From NCBI GenBank assembly GCA_030141605.1, contig JAQGDQ010001719.1, positions 1-28,070 on the forward strand: a stretch of 28,070 nucleotides of DNA, in the 5' to 3' direction. Numbering within the stretch: the stretch's first letter is position 1; each line of letters opens with the position of its first letter. The notes beneath the pieces were generated by a model that searched no databases, was not told the DNA's origin, and was given only the letters and a program-made list of their open reading frames with translations. This DNA comes from Tubiluchus corallicola (Eukaryota > Animalia > Priapulida). Shown piece by piece: positions 1-11,995 of the stretch. A program made the translations under genes and the position numbers.

Positions 1-1343
1 CTGGGAATTAAATTAGGACTCCTATCCGGGACTTTGCTAGCTTAAACATACTTTCTACAGACCCTGACTTAGGTGGTCTATAGACCAGGTAACTTAACTT
101 GATAGACAACAGGTGTATGAGTATATGCTTGTCAAGAGATTCAAGCCTTGACTTAGTTTAGAAATTTCCATTGTCTTGTTTGTTGCCTCACATAAACTGC
201 TGGAAAATTTCTGATAACATGCTTCCAAAACAAAATTAAAAAATATCCTTAAAAATGAAAAGAGCTTCTCCAAACAAGGAATTGAGGATATCTATTATCT
301 AACTAGATTGCTGAACCTTCCTCCTCTGAATTTTTAATAGCTAAGAGAACGCTTGAACTGTTGGGATGTGTAAATCGGTTAAGAAGTACTGTCTTAAAAA
401 CACTGTCACTTTCAAACATGAATTCTACTTGTACAACCCTAGGAGTGAATAGGATGTTTATTGCACAAAATATTTCCAATTTAAATAACACTGCTTCTAG
501 TAATTGTGAATTATTTGCTTATGAGCTTGAGCTCTACTGGCTTACTGAAGGGGAAAACCACCTACCTGGTATTTCCTGTGAAAAAATTCGTCAGATTTTG
601 TATTATATTATAACTAACTAATGTTAATATTCTTCTAAATTATTACTAAATAAATATTGATGAATTGCACTGCTATAATACATAAAGGTGCGAATAAAAA
701 CTTATATATATATATATATTTACAAACAAATAGTGATAAATATGAAATTCTTTTTGAAATGCTAAGCCATTACTCACCAAGGCAATGCAAAATCATTTGT
801 TGTGCATTTGGAATGTGCTACGTCGCATTTTGTACCTTGTGGACAGCAATGAACCTTGAAAAAATAAGTTCAACAATATTTTTAACAAGATTAACTGAAG
901 CATTATACCACAGATAGTTTGAGCATCAGGATGAGCAGGTGCAGCTTTAAGACAGTACTTCTTAACCGATTTACACATCCCAACAGTTCAAGCGTTCTCT
1001 TAGCTATTAAAAATTCAGAGGAGGAAGGTTCAGCAATCTAGTTAGATAATAGATATCTTCAATTCCTTATTTGGAGAAGCTCTTTTCATTTTTAAGGATA
1101 TTTTTTAATTTTGTTTTGGAAGCATGTTATCAGAAATTTTCCAGCAGTTTATGTGAGGCAACAAACAAGACAATGGAAATTTCTAAACTAAGTCAAGGCT
1201 TGAATCACTTGACAAGCATATACTCATACACCTGTTGTCTATCAAGTTAAGTTACCTGGTCTATAGACCACCTAAGTCAGGGTCTGTAGAAAGTATGTTT
1301 AAGCTAGCAAAGTCCCGGATAGGAGTCCTAATTTAATTCCCAG
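1..1343. mobile_element. Foldback / long-TIR non-autonomous DNA element (left end probably runs off the window)
   Basis: 1-398 is the reverse complement of 946-1343 (398-bp arms, about 3 mismatches seen by eye) around a 547-bp AT-rich spacer with no recognisable transposase. The TSD cannot be assessed because the left arm starts at base 1. Confidence 0.85.
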
Positions 1344-2564
1344 TTTTTTTAACTGTTAGATTAATTAGAACAGTAATCTCATACATAGTTGTTACTTTTT
1401 AGCTTGTGAGGAGTAGTGTTAACCGTAGATAAAGTTTTCAATTACAATGTAAACTCATGGAACATAGAAAGCCCTCAGTAATTCTGCTAACATAAACAAA
1501 AGCCAGTGTTGTATGACATTAATTCTCTCGCTAATAAGAAGGCTAGAAAGATGTTGATTTGTGTAATGGTCATTACATTACTTCTGCCCACTTAACACTT
1601 AAGAGTGTTAGCAGTCTAAAATATTGTGTTAGTTAAGTCTAAAATATGTATTTGAAGTTTAATTGCAATTCTAACTTCAACATAAACATATTACATACTC
1701 AAATTTGCACTATGTTTATATACAATTAAAGTGTTAGTGAACTAATCCTTAACATATAAAACCTATTAAAAGAGTTCTTAACTGCATTTAAAAATACCAT
1801 CAGGAAAATGCAGCCCCACTAAAGGAGGTTTCGGTGTTCTTGCACACTTCTGTTCAGGTCAGGGAGGGGTGCTTTGCTGCATGGTTAGTGTTGGAGATCC
1901 ATTTCATAGTTTGCTGGTCAGCCCTCTTAAGTATAGTTATGGCTGTTACGCCACTGGCAAAAAGTAGGAAAGTAATGCTAGTGGTGATTGTTTGATTTTG
2001 CAATGCACACTGAATTTTTTTCAGTGCTTGTATACTAACTTAGATTGGAACCAGTTCCAAAAATAAGCACTGTTGGCTCTGGGTTTGCAGTTGGATGCAT
2101 GAATACATGAGAATTGCATAGTTAGCCAAGATTAGCATATCCAGTTTTCTCTGTGTATGTGGTTAGGACGCTCTAATTTTGTCAGTGGTATCAAAGCTCT
2201 CGTTAATTTAAGTAAAAATGTCTTTAGGATGCATTCCATTTCTGGTGTGTAACGTATTTCTTTTAAGACACTGTGTTTTTTTGAATCCCATCTGGCTTGA
2301 TAATGCAGAATAACAGTGAAAAAGGGAGGGACAGTAAAATCATCAATCATAGAAACATAAGATAGATTTTTCAGAAAATGCCCCATTCTGACCTATAGTT
2401 TGAAATATACTTATTTATTACCTATGACAATTACTAACTTGTTCTGATTATTAGATGTTAGCTTAGAAATTGCCAACTAAGTACTTTTTTCTTTAACGTT
2501 GTAATTACAGTACTTACTTCAGTAGAGATCTTATATTCTTATAACTAGTTATAAATATGTTTAG

Positions 2565-2704
2565 GTATGAAAAATTTGAAGCTATTGTAAAATCGGATGA
2601 TGAGCTAACTAACGTAGCCTCTGCTTCTGGTGTTTCATCTATTGTTTGTCCCGATGGGAAAAGTGAATGTCCTGATGGCTCTACTTGCTGCCTCATGACC
2701 ACAG
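2565..2704 (+). CDS. GRN: Isolated progranulin-like exon (linker plus N-terminal half of a granulin domain)
   Basis: Acceptor ttag|G, donor ACAG|gtagga. Translates YEKFEAIVKSDDELTNVASASGVSSIVCPDGKSECPDGSTCCLMTT(G), matching the granulin N-half pattern C-x6-C-x5-CC. Not in the supplied ORF track. Confidence 0.85.
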
Positions 2705-3285
2705 GTAGGAGATAATCATTTCTTTCCTAAGTAATTAGTGTTGCAAATACTGGTCTAACATTGAAAAGGAATATTGCAGTTTCCTCAAAATTTTTAGTTT
2801 GCTTGAGTTATTGCAGCTATTTGCTGGTTCATTTTTAACTGCTTTATTTGCCTATATTGACTTATTAAGGCTTTTCATTTATGCCTTAAATTGATATGCA
2901 TAAAGTTTAGGTAATATACCCAAATAAATCTAAGGGTTATAAAAATATATCTGTTTGATATCTTTTTCTGCTTTCTGCTTTAAGCGCTTTTTAGACTGAT
3001 ATCACAGTGCCCTGAGTGCCAATGTTGATAGAAAAAGTTTTTTGTAACTTAATTTAGTAATTTCAGCTATTAAAATCAGTGTAACAAAATGAAAAAGAAT
3101 AAACAATAAAAAATAAACAATGTTTAATGTATCTTACAGGATATAAGTAATATATTAGTAGTATATATAGTAGCATATGAATGGTATATTAGGCAGTTGC
3201 CGAACTAAGCCAGTCACAAAAGCAGTATTTCAGCAGATGTTATTTTTATCATATTTAGGATATATTATATTAGAGACACAAAGTA

Positions 3286-3755
3286 CAGTCAACCTCGGGT
3301 ATAAGGCACTTGCTTATAAGGGACCACCAACACCGGTCCCGATTTTCCGTAACGTTTTTCCTATGTAAAAATCTTCGTATATAAGGGACTTTCGGTTATA
3401 AGGGACGATATTTTCAGGTCCCGCGCAATAGAAACCCAGGTAAATTACCTCCCGTATAAGGGACCCTATGATAAAAAGCAAAATTGATCGATTTTTAACC
3501 TCAGTTTTTCGCAAACTCGGCCTTCGAACAGTTTGGTTTCCGCGGTCACATACATCTCGCATCACTGAAGGAGCTTCCTACATACCATTTGCACTGAATG
3601 TGTAGCAATAATCCATAAAAATATGGGTAAAAGTACAGAAAAGTACAGGTCTAGATACACCCTCAGTCTGAATCAACTTTGGCTATAAGGGACATCGGAT
3701 ATAAGGGACGATTTTTTCCAATCCGGAGTGTGTCCCTTATATCCGAGGTTGACTG
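3286..3755. mobile_element. Tc1/mariner (pogo/Tigger-type) MITE
   Basis: TA|CAGTCAACCTCGG...CCGAGGTTGACTG|TA terminal inverted repeats with TA TSD; many subterminal TATAAGGGAC motifs. Confidence 0.9.
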
Positions 3756-4324
3756 TACAATCAACACAGAAAATAACAACAATAAAAAAGTCAAAAAGCA
3801 TGAGTCAAATTACAATATAAATTAGTTCAAACTGTACATAGAAAAAGAGTCTTAATTAGAAAAAGTGTTAATTGGGTTACAGAAAAGTAAAAAATTATTT
3901 CAGCAATTGGTATTATAATTACGAACCCAACAAACAGCCAGATAATTTAAAATTTCATATAGTTTGGTCAACGGATCACACTGGTGGGACCGAGTGATTG
4001 ATTATTGATTGATTTAGTTGATTGTAATTGATTTTGCTTTTATTTTCGCTCATCGATTACTTTTTCAGCGGCTGATGCAAATCAATACCAACTTGGCAAT
4101 ACCATTTTCTACTTATTTTTCGGAAAATCCGGAAAACAAATCACACGGCAAATATAATCATCAACGGGGTGAAATTGACATGGTGTTACCTCTGCACATT
4201 AACTTAGACATTTGCTGAAAGTTCTCTCATGAACATGTGGTTTTTGCATGAGAATACACATTTTTGTAAGGTAGCATTATAATTGATTACAAAAATGTAA
4301 TTGAGTTAGCCAGATCCAAGTGAA

Positions 4325-5210
4325 AGGAAGACAGGATGATTTTTCGTATTTTACCCCGTTTTCAAATCCGATAGAAAGTGCACATTTTAACACCAGTAAT
4401 TAACATCTGATAAATTAAATAATAGATTAAAAACTTCATTTTCTCTTCTCTTCCCTTCCCATCCCTTCCCTTCCCCTCGCCTCTCCTCTCCTTTCTTCTT
4501 GTCTCCTATTCTCTCCTCTCTTCTCGCCTTTCTGATAATAAAAACTTAATCAACGGCAGGCGAGCCCAGCTATTGATGACATCATTTTCACTTCACTTCT
4601 CTTCTCTTCCCTTCCCTTCCCTTCCCTTCCCTTCCCTTCCCTTCCCTTCCCTTCCCTTCCCTTCCCTTCCCCTCTCCTCTACTCTCTTCTCATCTCCTAT
4701 TCTCTCCTCTCTTCTCGCCTTTCTGATAATTAAATAATAGATTAAAAACTTAAGTAATGGCCGGCGAGCTCAACTATTGATGACGTCACAAACTAACATA
4801 ATTTTCAACAGCAAAAATATTCTACGAGCGCGTTGCACGTTTACGAAAGCGAAAATTGAAGTACAGTGCTTGATATTCAGTGTGTTGTACTAAAACTTGG
4901 CACGTTTTAAGATAAAAATTCAAATTTCAAATTTTCGTCACAAACTAACACATCTGAACTGAGAGGTACAACTGTGTTTTGTGTAATGTGTTTCCAAAAT
5001 GCAGGCGCTACAGCCCGTAACTAGTGAATGGTGAAATGCACGTAACAACGAAGAACTAGTGGCGCAAATGTGAAATTGTGTTTGTGTGGTAATAATTCTT
5101 TCACGTTCATTTTTTTAAAAAAAATAGTGTATTTCCTTTCAATGTTTTACAGATTATTTTGACCTGCAGTTTAAGATTGGGTCCAGTTTTGCTTTAACTA
5201 GACCATAGCT
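4325..5210 (+). mobile_element. Dispersed repeat family A, copy 1 (AG...CT ends with TTAA; possibly a Kolobok/T2-like MITE), with internal duplication and pyrimidine microsatellite
   Basis: Aligns by eye as the reverse complement of about 10495-11096. Ends ...ATAGCT|TTAA at 5210. TIR similarity is weak, so the superfamily is uncertain. Confidence 0.65.
4437..4722 (+). repeat. Polypyrimidine tract including (CTTCC)n; locally duplicated block
   Basis: (CTTCC)n at about 4606-4671; the block TCTCCTATTCTCTCCTCTCTTCTCGCCTTTCTGATAAT occurs twice. Confidence 0.9.
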
Positions 5211-5300
5211 TTAAAGAAATCTGAGCAGTAACAGCTTGTATAACATCAAAACAAATGGTCAATACTTTGCATGTACTGGTAAAGAAATGGGAGCACGTAC

Positions 5301-5526
5301 CCAGCTTTTCCCTCCTCCATTTGCACCTCTTTTGCCTTGCATGCTCCGGGTTCTTTGCCGCAGAATTTAACGCACACGGTCATGATCACGCCGCACTGAT
5401 TGTTCATGTAGCAGTACAGATCGATCACGATGAGTACGAGAATGATGATGATGATGATTAAACCGACTACAGCACCAGTGGACATGCCAGCACGCTTCAC
5501 CTCCTCGGGTGGAATGAAATCTTGAC
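5301..5526 (-). CDS. NCAM: NCAM-family exon: transmembrane and juxtamembrane segment
   Basis: ctacag|...GG|gtacgt, phase 1 to 2. QDFIPPEEVKRAGMSTGAVVGLIIIIIILVLIVIDLYCYMNNQCGVIMTVCVKFCGKEPGACKAKEVQMEEGKAG closely resembles the vertebrate NCAM1 segment GLSTGAIVG...DITCYFLNKCG...LCGK...MEEGKA as recalled. Confidence 0.95.
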
Positions 5527-5914
5527 CTGTAGAAAGTTGAACAGTTTCAAAGAGCTAGAAAGCAGACGTAACAACACGTTTTGCAAGATGTAACTGTGCG
5601 AAGAAAAATGCACGCTAATGTAATGAATAAAATCAATAATGAATTCAATACTATATATTTGCTTTAAATTAAACTTATATTTTACTTAAACAAGATGGAA
5701 ATGAAATTTCAAGTGTAACCTACCACATACGTGAACTGGTCTTAAAAACAGTAAAAAACACAGATATCACCAAACTTCAAAGACAAGAACGGTTACTTTT
5801 CTTGCTAGAGGTTGAAACGAAGAATTTCAAACCGACTAAGCATGCAGATGAACATGACATCGCGTGAAAAAAACGTAACTTTCAAGCATATTTTAGGTAT
5901 TCAAAGACGAATAA

Positions 5915-6258
5915 CATTAAAGAAAAGAAACGAAAACGAAAGAAAATGAAAGAAAAGGAGAGAAGAGAAGAGGGGAGAGGAGAGGAGAGGAAAGAGGGAG
6001 GGGAGGAGGAGGAGACAAAAGGAAAGCGGAAGGGGAAGAGAAGAACGAGGGGAGGGAAAAGGAGGGGAGAGAAGCGAAAAGGAGAGAAGAGAAGCAAAGA
6101 GAAGAGAAGAGGAAAAGGAAAGAAAAGAAATGAAAAGAAAAGAAAAGAAAAGAAAAGGAAATGAAAGAAAAGAAAAGAAAGGGAAAAAAGAAAAAGAAAA
6201 GAGAAGACAAGAAAGGAAAGGAAAGGAAAGGAAAGGAAAGGAATAAAGAAAATAGAAT
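5915..6258 (+). repeat. Purine-rich low-complexity tract with (GAAAA)n and (GGAAA)n
   Basis: Almost purely A/G for about 340 bp. Confidence 0.95.
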
Positions 6259-6505
6259 ATTTTAACACTGATTTTCATAAATTGTAAAACCTTCAAAATA
6301 CCTCCTAACTGTCAATTTAGGCCAAACAGACATCTAAATAAATGGCAGTCTTTGAACAACACAAGGTTTAAGTTATTAATACAACCAATAGCAAGTACTA
6401 ACAAGAATTAACAAATATAATATCAAAACATCAGAATCACTTGTTCTACTTAACAAAGAGATTCTGCTTCAATTGGCAATACTTAGTGTAGAAAAAGATT
6501 TGTAC

Positions 6506-6698
6506 CTGGTTGTGTTTTGATATAATGCACGTCTGGCTCGCTGAATCCAAGAGCGTTTTCTGCCCGGATTTCAACTTTATAGTAAGAATCTGACTGTAGA
6601 CCGGTCAACTCGTGGTGAACTCTTGGAGGCTGTACGTTGATGATCACCCGTCGCATGTTTCGTTTTTCAAATTTGTTTGTTTCGTTGTTGTATTCCAC
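6506..6698 (-). CDS. NCAM: NCAM-family exon: second half of FnIII domain 2
   Basis: ttacag|GTG...CCAG|gtacaa, phase 0 to 1. VEYNNET...HELTGLQSDSYYKVEIRAENALGFSEP...KTQP contains the FnIII L-x-x-L-x4-Y-x-V-x-I-x-A-x-N-x-x-G motif. Confidence 0.93.
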
Positions 6699-7336
6699 CT
6701 GTAACAATTGCTCATTTTACAAAAAAAGGAAAATATTCACTGCGAAGAACGTAAATTAGCTGCAGACATTTATCCGTACAGGTATGAAGTTAAGCAGCGT
6801 CAATTTAATTGCGACATTGGGAATCGACTGCCCATTCCACGTAGGCGAGTGCTAATTTTAAGTATGGATGCTTCTCAGTGATAATCAAAAAAAGTTTATC
6901 AATTGTCATGTATTCACAATAAACATTTTCACAGTTCCAGCGATTGCCGAAGATCCTGAAAGGGTTACATTTGTGTACACTTGACAACGCCTCGCAGCCC
7001 ATGCTGTTGTAACGGCACCAGTTTTAACAGCTAGCAAGAACCTTACCTAGTTGAATTTTTCCTGTTCCCAAGCAAGGTCCTGCTAGTAAATCACTCCACG
7101 CACAGACTGATGCAGAACTAAGTCCATGTAAAACAAATGACGTTACTGAACTGATGCGGCAGATGGCTTTGCTTTATCTATACGTCACATGACAGTTCCC
7201 GTTAAGATGCGTTGCTGTAATACACCTAACCTTTGGCCTACAGCACAGCACATGTGCACAACGAAACTGTGAAAAGGTTTATCATATTCATCTTAAGGTA
7301 TTTTATATAAAAAAAACACAAATGCGAAAAACTTGC

Positions 7337-7507
7337 CGGTTCGTAAGTAATCTGGTAGCGCTTGATATCTCGTCCGCCATCGCTCAAAGGCAACTCCCAG
7401 TGAAGCATGTATCGGTTCGAATTTTCAATGTGTTCCAGGAGGACTTCCCCGAACGGTTCAAGCTCAATCTCCTCCTTTTTCACTTTCGGGATTTCCGGCA
7501 CGCTTTC
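7337..7507 (-). CDS. NCAM: NCAM-family exon: first half of FnIII domain 2 (GC donor)
   Basis: gtacag|GAA...CCG|gcaagt, phase 0 to 0. ESVPEIPKV...YMLHWELPLSDGGRDIKRYQITYEP contains the FnIII W..P..DGG..I..Y motif. Confidence 0.9.
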
Positions 7508-7573
7508 CTGTACCAGCACAAAATAATAAAATAGTTATTTAGTATTGCCATAAAAACTGTCGCGAATCGGTTA

Positions 7574-8182
7574 CAGTAAACTCCGCATAACTCAAATCCA
7601 ACCAGACCGCAAAACAACTTTGAGTTGGGCGATGCCGACGATTTTCCAGCATAGAAACTCTAAACCCCACCTCCAGAGGGCGAGCTAAATAGAAAGCAGA
7701 AATTCAACCCTTCTATACATAAGCAACAAGATTTGATGACAATTACATAAAGAATAACAAGTGTTAGACAGAGACAGTGATTGTTTTCACTGCGCCGACT
7801 GAGACTTTCCGGGAACTATTTTCCAGTAGAGTGTTACTACGTAGTAACCGACTGAGACTTTTCCAGAAAAATCCATCCCGGAGAAAATAATCGGGGGTAT
7901 GGGGTATTTGTAAGACATCAGAATTTTCCTGGGAGACGATACCGTTTTTGAGTTGTACAAAACATTTTACTTTTCTAAAGTATAAATTGCATTTTTGAAT
8001 TATGCGAAGCAAATTACACGTATTTTGATTAAATGGACCATAATTTTTTATTTGAGTTAGGTGAGATATTGAGTTACATATTTTGAGTTAAGCGATGTTT
8101 CTTTGTGGAAAAAACGAAGGATTTCATCCGTTCTGCTGAAATTCTTTGAGTTATGTGGTTTTGAGTTACGCGCAGTTTACTG
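7574..8182. mobile_element. Tc1/mariner (pogo-type) MITE
   Basis: TA|CAGTAAACTCCGCATAACTCAAA...TTTGAGTTACGCGCAGTTTACTG|TA; repeated TTTGAGTTA subterminal motifs. Confidence 0.88.
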
Positions 8183-8582
8183 TATTAGTTTTCCAAGCAA
8201 TATTTTCCTGTATACATTTCTCTAGGTAATTTTTACATAGATACGAACACTTATTTTGCATTAATTGGCTAAATAAGAAAATTCCTTTATTACTTCGAGA
8301 ATAATATGCAAAACTAGTGAAATTTCAAAATGTTTTACAGTGTAACAGCACAAAATTGAATCTTGTAATTGAAATTAATGCTTTACACGGGTCACTCAAA
8401 ATCCAACATCATACAGTTCTTCTTCATTTCAGACAGAGCTAAAATTACATGAACTTGTGATGCCATTTTAATTCTTAGTTCGGTTTCACTTTATTTATTT
8501 TCCAAAAACAGCAAATTCGCTATTTTTGTGGATATGTAGGACAGTGGGATTTCTTCCATTGATAACTAGTCCTTTACATGTA

Positions 8583-9527
8583 CAGTAGGCGCTGTTTATT
8601 AGAATCAATCGCCTAATTGACTCAAAAGCATCTGGTACGAGTCACTCCCATTCAGATGTATATAAAAATCACCAGGATTTGACTCAAATATCTCCACGTA
8701 ATTTACTCAATATTTTTCCTTTCCGCACTTGAAATAAGATACTTGCTAAAGTGAACTGATTCGCTAGAGGTATTCGTTGCAGCCATTAGAAATGTTGAAC
8801 ACACAATAACAATGCGCAGAACTAAATAGTCCACTACACTTGCACGTGATCAAAGAGCTTTTACTGCTTTTTTGTCATCTTTAAGTCGCTTTTGTGTGAT
8901 ATAATATAGGTAGAAAGAGTCAAGTTAAGTACAGCTTCATTTGTAAGCACATATGTTTATCATGTGCACTAAGATACTAGTGTAGCAGTTTTGCTTTGAA
9001 ACTGTCACCCGATTGTCCACTGCAATTAACCTCGTTGTTTCTGGAAGCTAAACATTTAATCACTTGACCAGCGGTTTTGCTTTTGAAGTTTCTGCTGCTT
9101 TTCACACGGGAAACAAGGTCATCACCAACTGCAGCTCAAGAACTAGGTGACTGGGTGTTTTGCGTGAATACGTACAGCATACAGCAACAGATTTTCAACG
9201 TTTTTATCAGTATGAGAACTTCGTAAACCAACTTCATTGTGAAGAAATGAAACAACCGACTTTGTGCGAAATTTTTGGTGATAATCAGATTTGTGCGATA
9301 TATTTCTTTTCTTTTTTTATTAATTCGCTTATACAAATAAATATAAATAATTGCATATAAGAATTTTGACGTTAATTCGTTTCTAAAATTCATTTGAATC
9401 CTTTGCAGTGCATACTAAGGAGATGAGTGCTGACTCACACTTCTGTAGTAGTAATAGGCTATATCTGTCGGCTAATTGGGTCAAAATACTTCAATTCTAA
9501 AGTGAGTGTATTAAGTGCCACCTACTG
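8583..9527 (+). mobile_element. Degraded, internally deleted pogo/Tigger-like element
   Basis: TA|CAGTAGG...CCTACTG ends. The internal frame LREYVQ...MKQPTLCEIF (about 9160-9275) resembles the KQxTLxxFF C-terminus of Tigger-type transposases. Confidence 0.6.
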
Positions 9528-9540
9528 CATTCATGTAAAT

Positions 9541-9955
9541 CAGGGGTGTGCAAACTGCGGTCCGCTGAGACATCTTGTGCGTTCCACGAAGAGGTTTGTC
9601 AACGTAATGAAAGTGCGGCCCACGCAATTCAGCTGAACTCCGCGCCAATATCGCAAAGATAGTGCGGGTAGTTTTTTCCTCCAGATCGGATGGCATTACC
9701 CCTTACAAGACCGTTGTCACTTAATGTCACTGTCGGACATGAGGAAATATTTGGTTTTTAATATAAATTTTAATAACTTCTAAAATAGTTTCTTGAGTGT
9801 AGTAGTGTAGTAGTAATGATGTGCGCAAATCGGATGCAAAAAAATGGTTATTAGGTCCTACTGTACTTGGCTCCTTGATCAAACTACCAGTGGCCCACAG
9901 GAGTTGCGGGAATGTTTAATGTGGCCCGGCTAGTCAGATAATTTGCACACCCCTG
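9541..9955. mobile_element. hAT (Charlie-like) MITE
   Basis: TIR CAGGGGTGTGCAAA / TTTGCACACCCCTG; 8-bp TSD ATGTAAAT / ATTTAAAT (7 of 8 match); GGCCC subterminal motifs. Confidence 0.9.
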
Positions 9956-10134
9956 ATTTAAATCTATTCAAAACCTTGCTTACTAGTACAAACACATCTG
10001 GTTGTCTCACAAAACTCATTATGAAGAATGGCTAGCAACACATACGCGGTTACGACAAACGATAATTTATATTCAAAGCAAACAATGAATGCCCAAATTT
10101 TAATAGTTTAGAAAAGAAGAAATTGCTTGCAAAC

Positions 10135-10253
10135 CTTTTCTGTTTCAATCTTTATGTCTCCAGTAGGAACGCCAGCACCCACTTCGTTGACGGCAGTTAT
10201 CTGAACGTCGTACAACGTCGATGGTTCTAGTTCATCTAATATGTATGGACCCT
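10135..10253 (-). CDS. NCAM: NCAM-family exon: second half of FnIII domain 1
   Basis: ttttcag|AG...AAG|gtttgc, phase 1 to 0. (E)GPYILDELEPSTLYDVQITAVNEVGAGVPTGDIKIETEK. Confidence 0.92.
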
Positions 10254-10494
10254 CTGAAAAATGCGAAAAAAGTTTAGACAATCTCCGACACACGTGAAGG
10301 CGTTATTTGTGTTATGGTGTACTCGCACGCGCACAGCAAAGTTAAAAAACTCGTCTTGTGAACGTAATTAAACAGGTGCAAGAAAAAACTGAGGTAACAA
10401 TGTCAATTATAGATGTCGTTACTTAATGAAACCACGAATGATAAAACCAGCATTTCAGAACTACTTAGGCACAGTCTGGAAATTACTCCATAGA

Positions 10495-11096
10495 AACTAT
10501 TGTTAAAACAAAACTGGACCAAACCTTAAACTGCAGGGCAAAACAATCTGCTCTTTAAAGCATTGAAAGGAAACTTACTATTTTTTCAAAAATCACTTAC
10601 GTGAAAGAATTATTATCACACAAGCACAATTTCACGTTCGCGCCACTAGTTCTTCGCTGTTGCATGTATTTTGCCATTTGCTACTTAAATGGGCACTAGC
10701 ACCTGCATTTCAGAAACGCATTGCATAAAAAACAACTGCAGTACCTCTCAGTTCAGATGTGTTAGTTTCAGACGAACTGCACACGTTCGACAGCTCATGT
10801 GCGAGTGCAGCAGTAAATTTGAAATTTGAATTTTTGTCTTAAAACTTGCCTACTTTTAGTACAACACACTGAATATCTTACAGTAGCACTGTACTTGAAT
10901 TTTCTCTTTCACAAACACGTGCAACACGCTCATGGAATGCTTTTGCAGTTGAAAATTATGTTCATTTGTGATGTCATCAATAGTTGAGACTGGTGCCGTT
11001 AATTAAGTTTTTAATCTATCAATTAATTATAAGAAACACTTTTGCAGTATTAATTGTGTTAAAACGTATAGACTTGAAAAATCGTTCTGTCTTCCT
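10495..11096 (-). mobile_element. Dispersed repeat family A, copy 2 (inverted relative to 4325-5210)
   Basis: Shares long blocks in reverse complement with copy 1, e.g. GTACCTCTCAGTTCAGATGT, AAATTTGAAATTTGAATTTTT, CGCCACTAGTTCTTCG. Ends GTCTTCCT|TTAA. Confidence 0.75.
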
Positions 11097-11995
11097 TTAA
11101 GAAAATTTGACTAATAAAACGAGGGCACCATTTAATAAGACCAGATTTTTCAGTAATAAGTGACAAAATTTTTCAAGATACTTAGGTGAAATTTAAGTCC
11201 TGTTTCCTAGATTCACCTCTTCTTAGTCAAAGTCACGTTGAAATTTAAAGTCGACTGTTGCGTTAAAACCGTTCTGCATGTACAGCTGCTGCAGTGCATT
11301 TTAGTCTGTTGAATAAACTTGAATCAGTGTTGTATGCTTGCTTGTGTCATTGTGTACTCATGTGAATGAACTGACTGCCCCACATTTAAATATCCGTGTA
11401 AGCAAAACTTTTGTATAACATGTTAAAATATGTCAGGCAAACGGAAGCGCACGGAGTTAGATGCACAGGGAAAATCAGAGCTCTTTAAAGGGCCGGAAAC
11501 CAGCATGAAGTGACCTTAGGGCTCACACACGCCTAAGAAATTATACAGGAAGATTAAAAACATTTGAGAGAAAGTGTAAAAACAAAGAAAAGAAACCGTT
11601 CAGGAAAGGATGAAGACGTTGAAGGTGGATGACTGCTGTCGTTTGACTTTGTGAAAACAAAACACGCTGTTAATGGACCGATTTACACACCGGCCTGATG
11701 TATATTAATCAGGGCAAAGCGTTTATGTGCAGTTCTTTGCCAAAAACACACAACTGCATTATTGGAACAGGTCACACGTAGAATAAAACTGCCATTTATT
11801 AAGACCACGTTATTGTAGGTATAAATGTTTTGACTTATTACCCTTGGTGACCTCTTATAAGCCACATTACATTAGACAGTAGTATTATGAGCTAGACTAC
11901 TTTTATACTCTTATATTGCACAGGCAAAACTTGTTGCATACACACGTCTCGGTTATGTTTAAAATTTAACCTCAGATTAGACTACAACGGCTACT

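Noticed and set aside
303-978. Small ORFs in the foldback element as a transposase
   Set aside because: They are 61-86 aa with no DDE or DNA-binding motifs, and partly mirror each other because of the inverted arms.
2132-2386. 84-aa minus-strand ORF as the NCAM cytoplasmic exon
   Set aside because: The nearby acceptor gives a stop in the required phase, and the peptide does not resemble an NCAM tail.
5882-6296. F/S/L-rich and K/R/E-rich ORFs in the ORF track
   Set aside because: They are translations of a purine/pyrimidine low-complexity tract that lacks stop codons.
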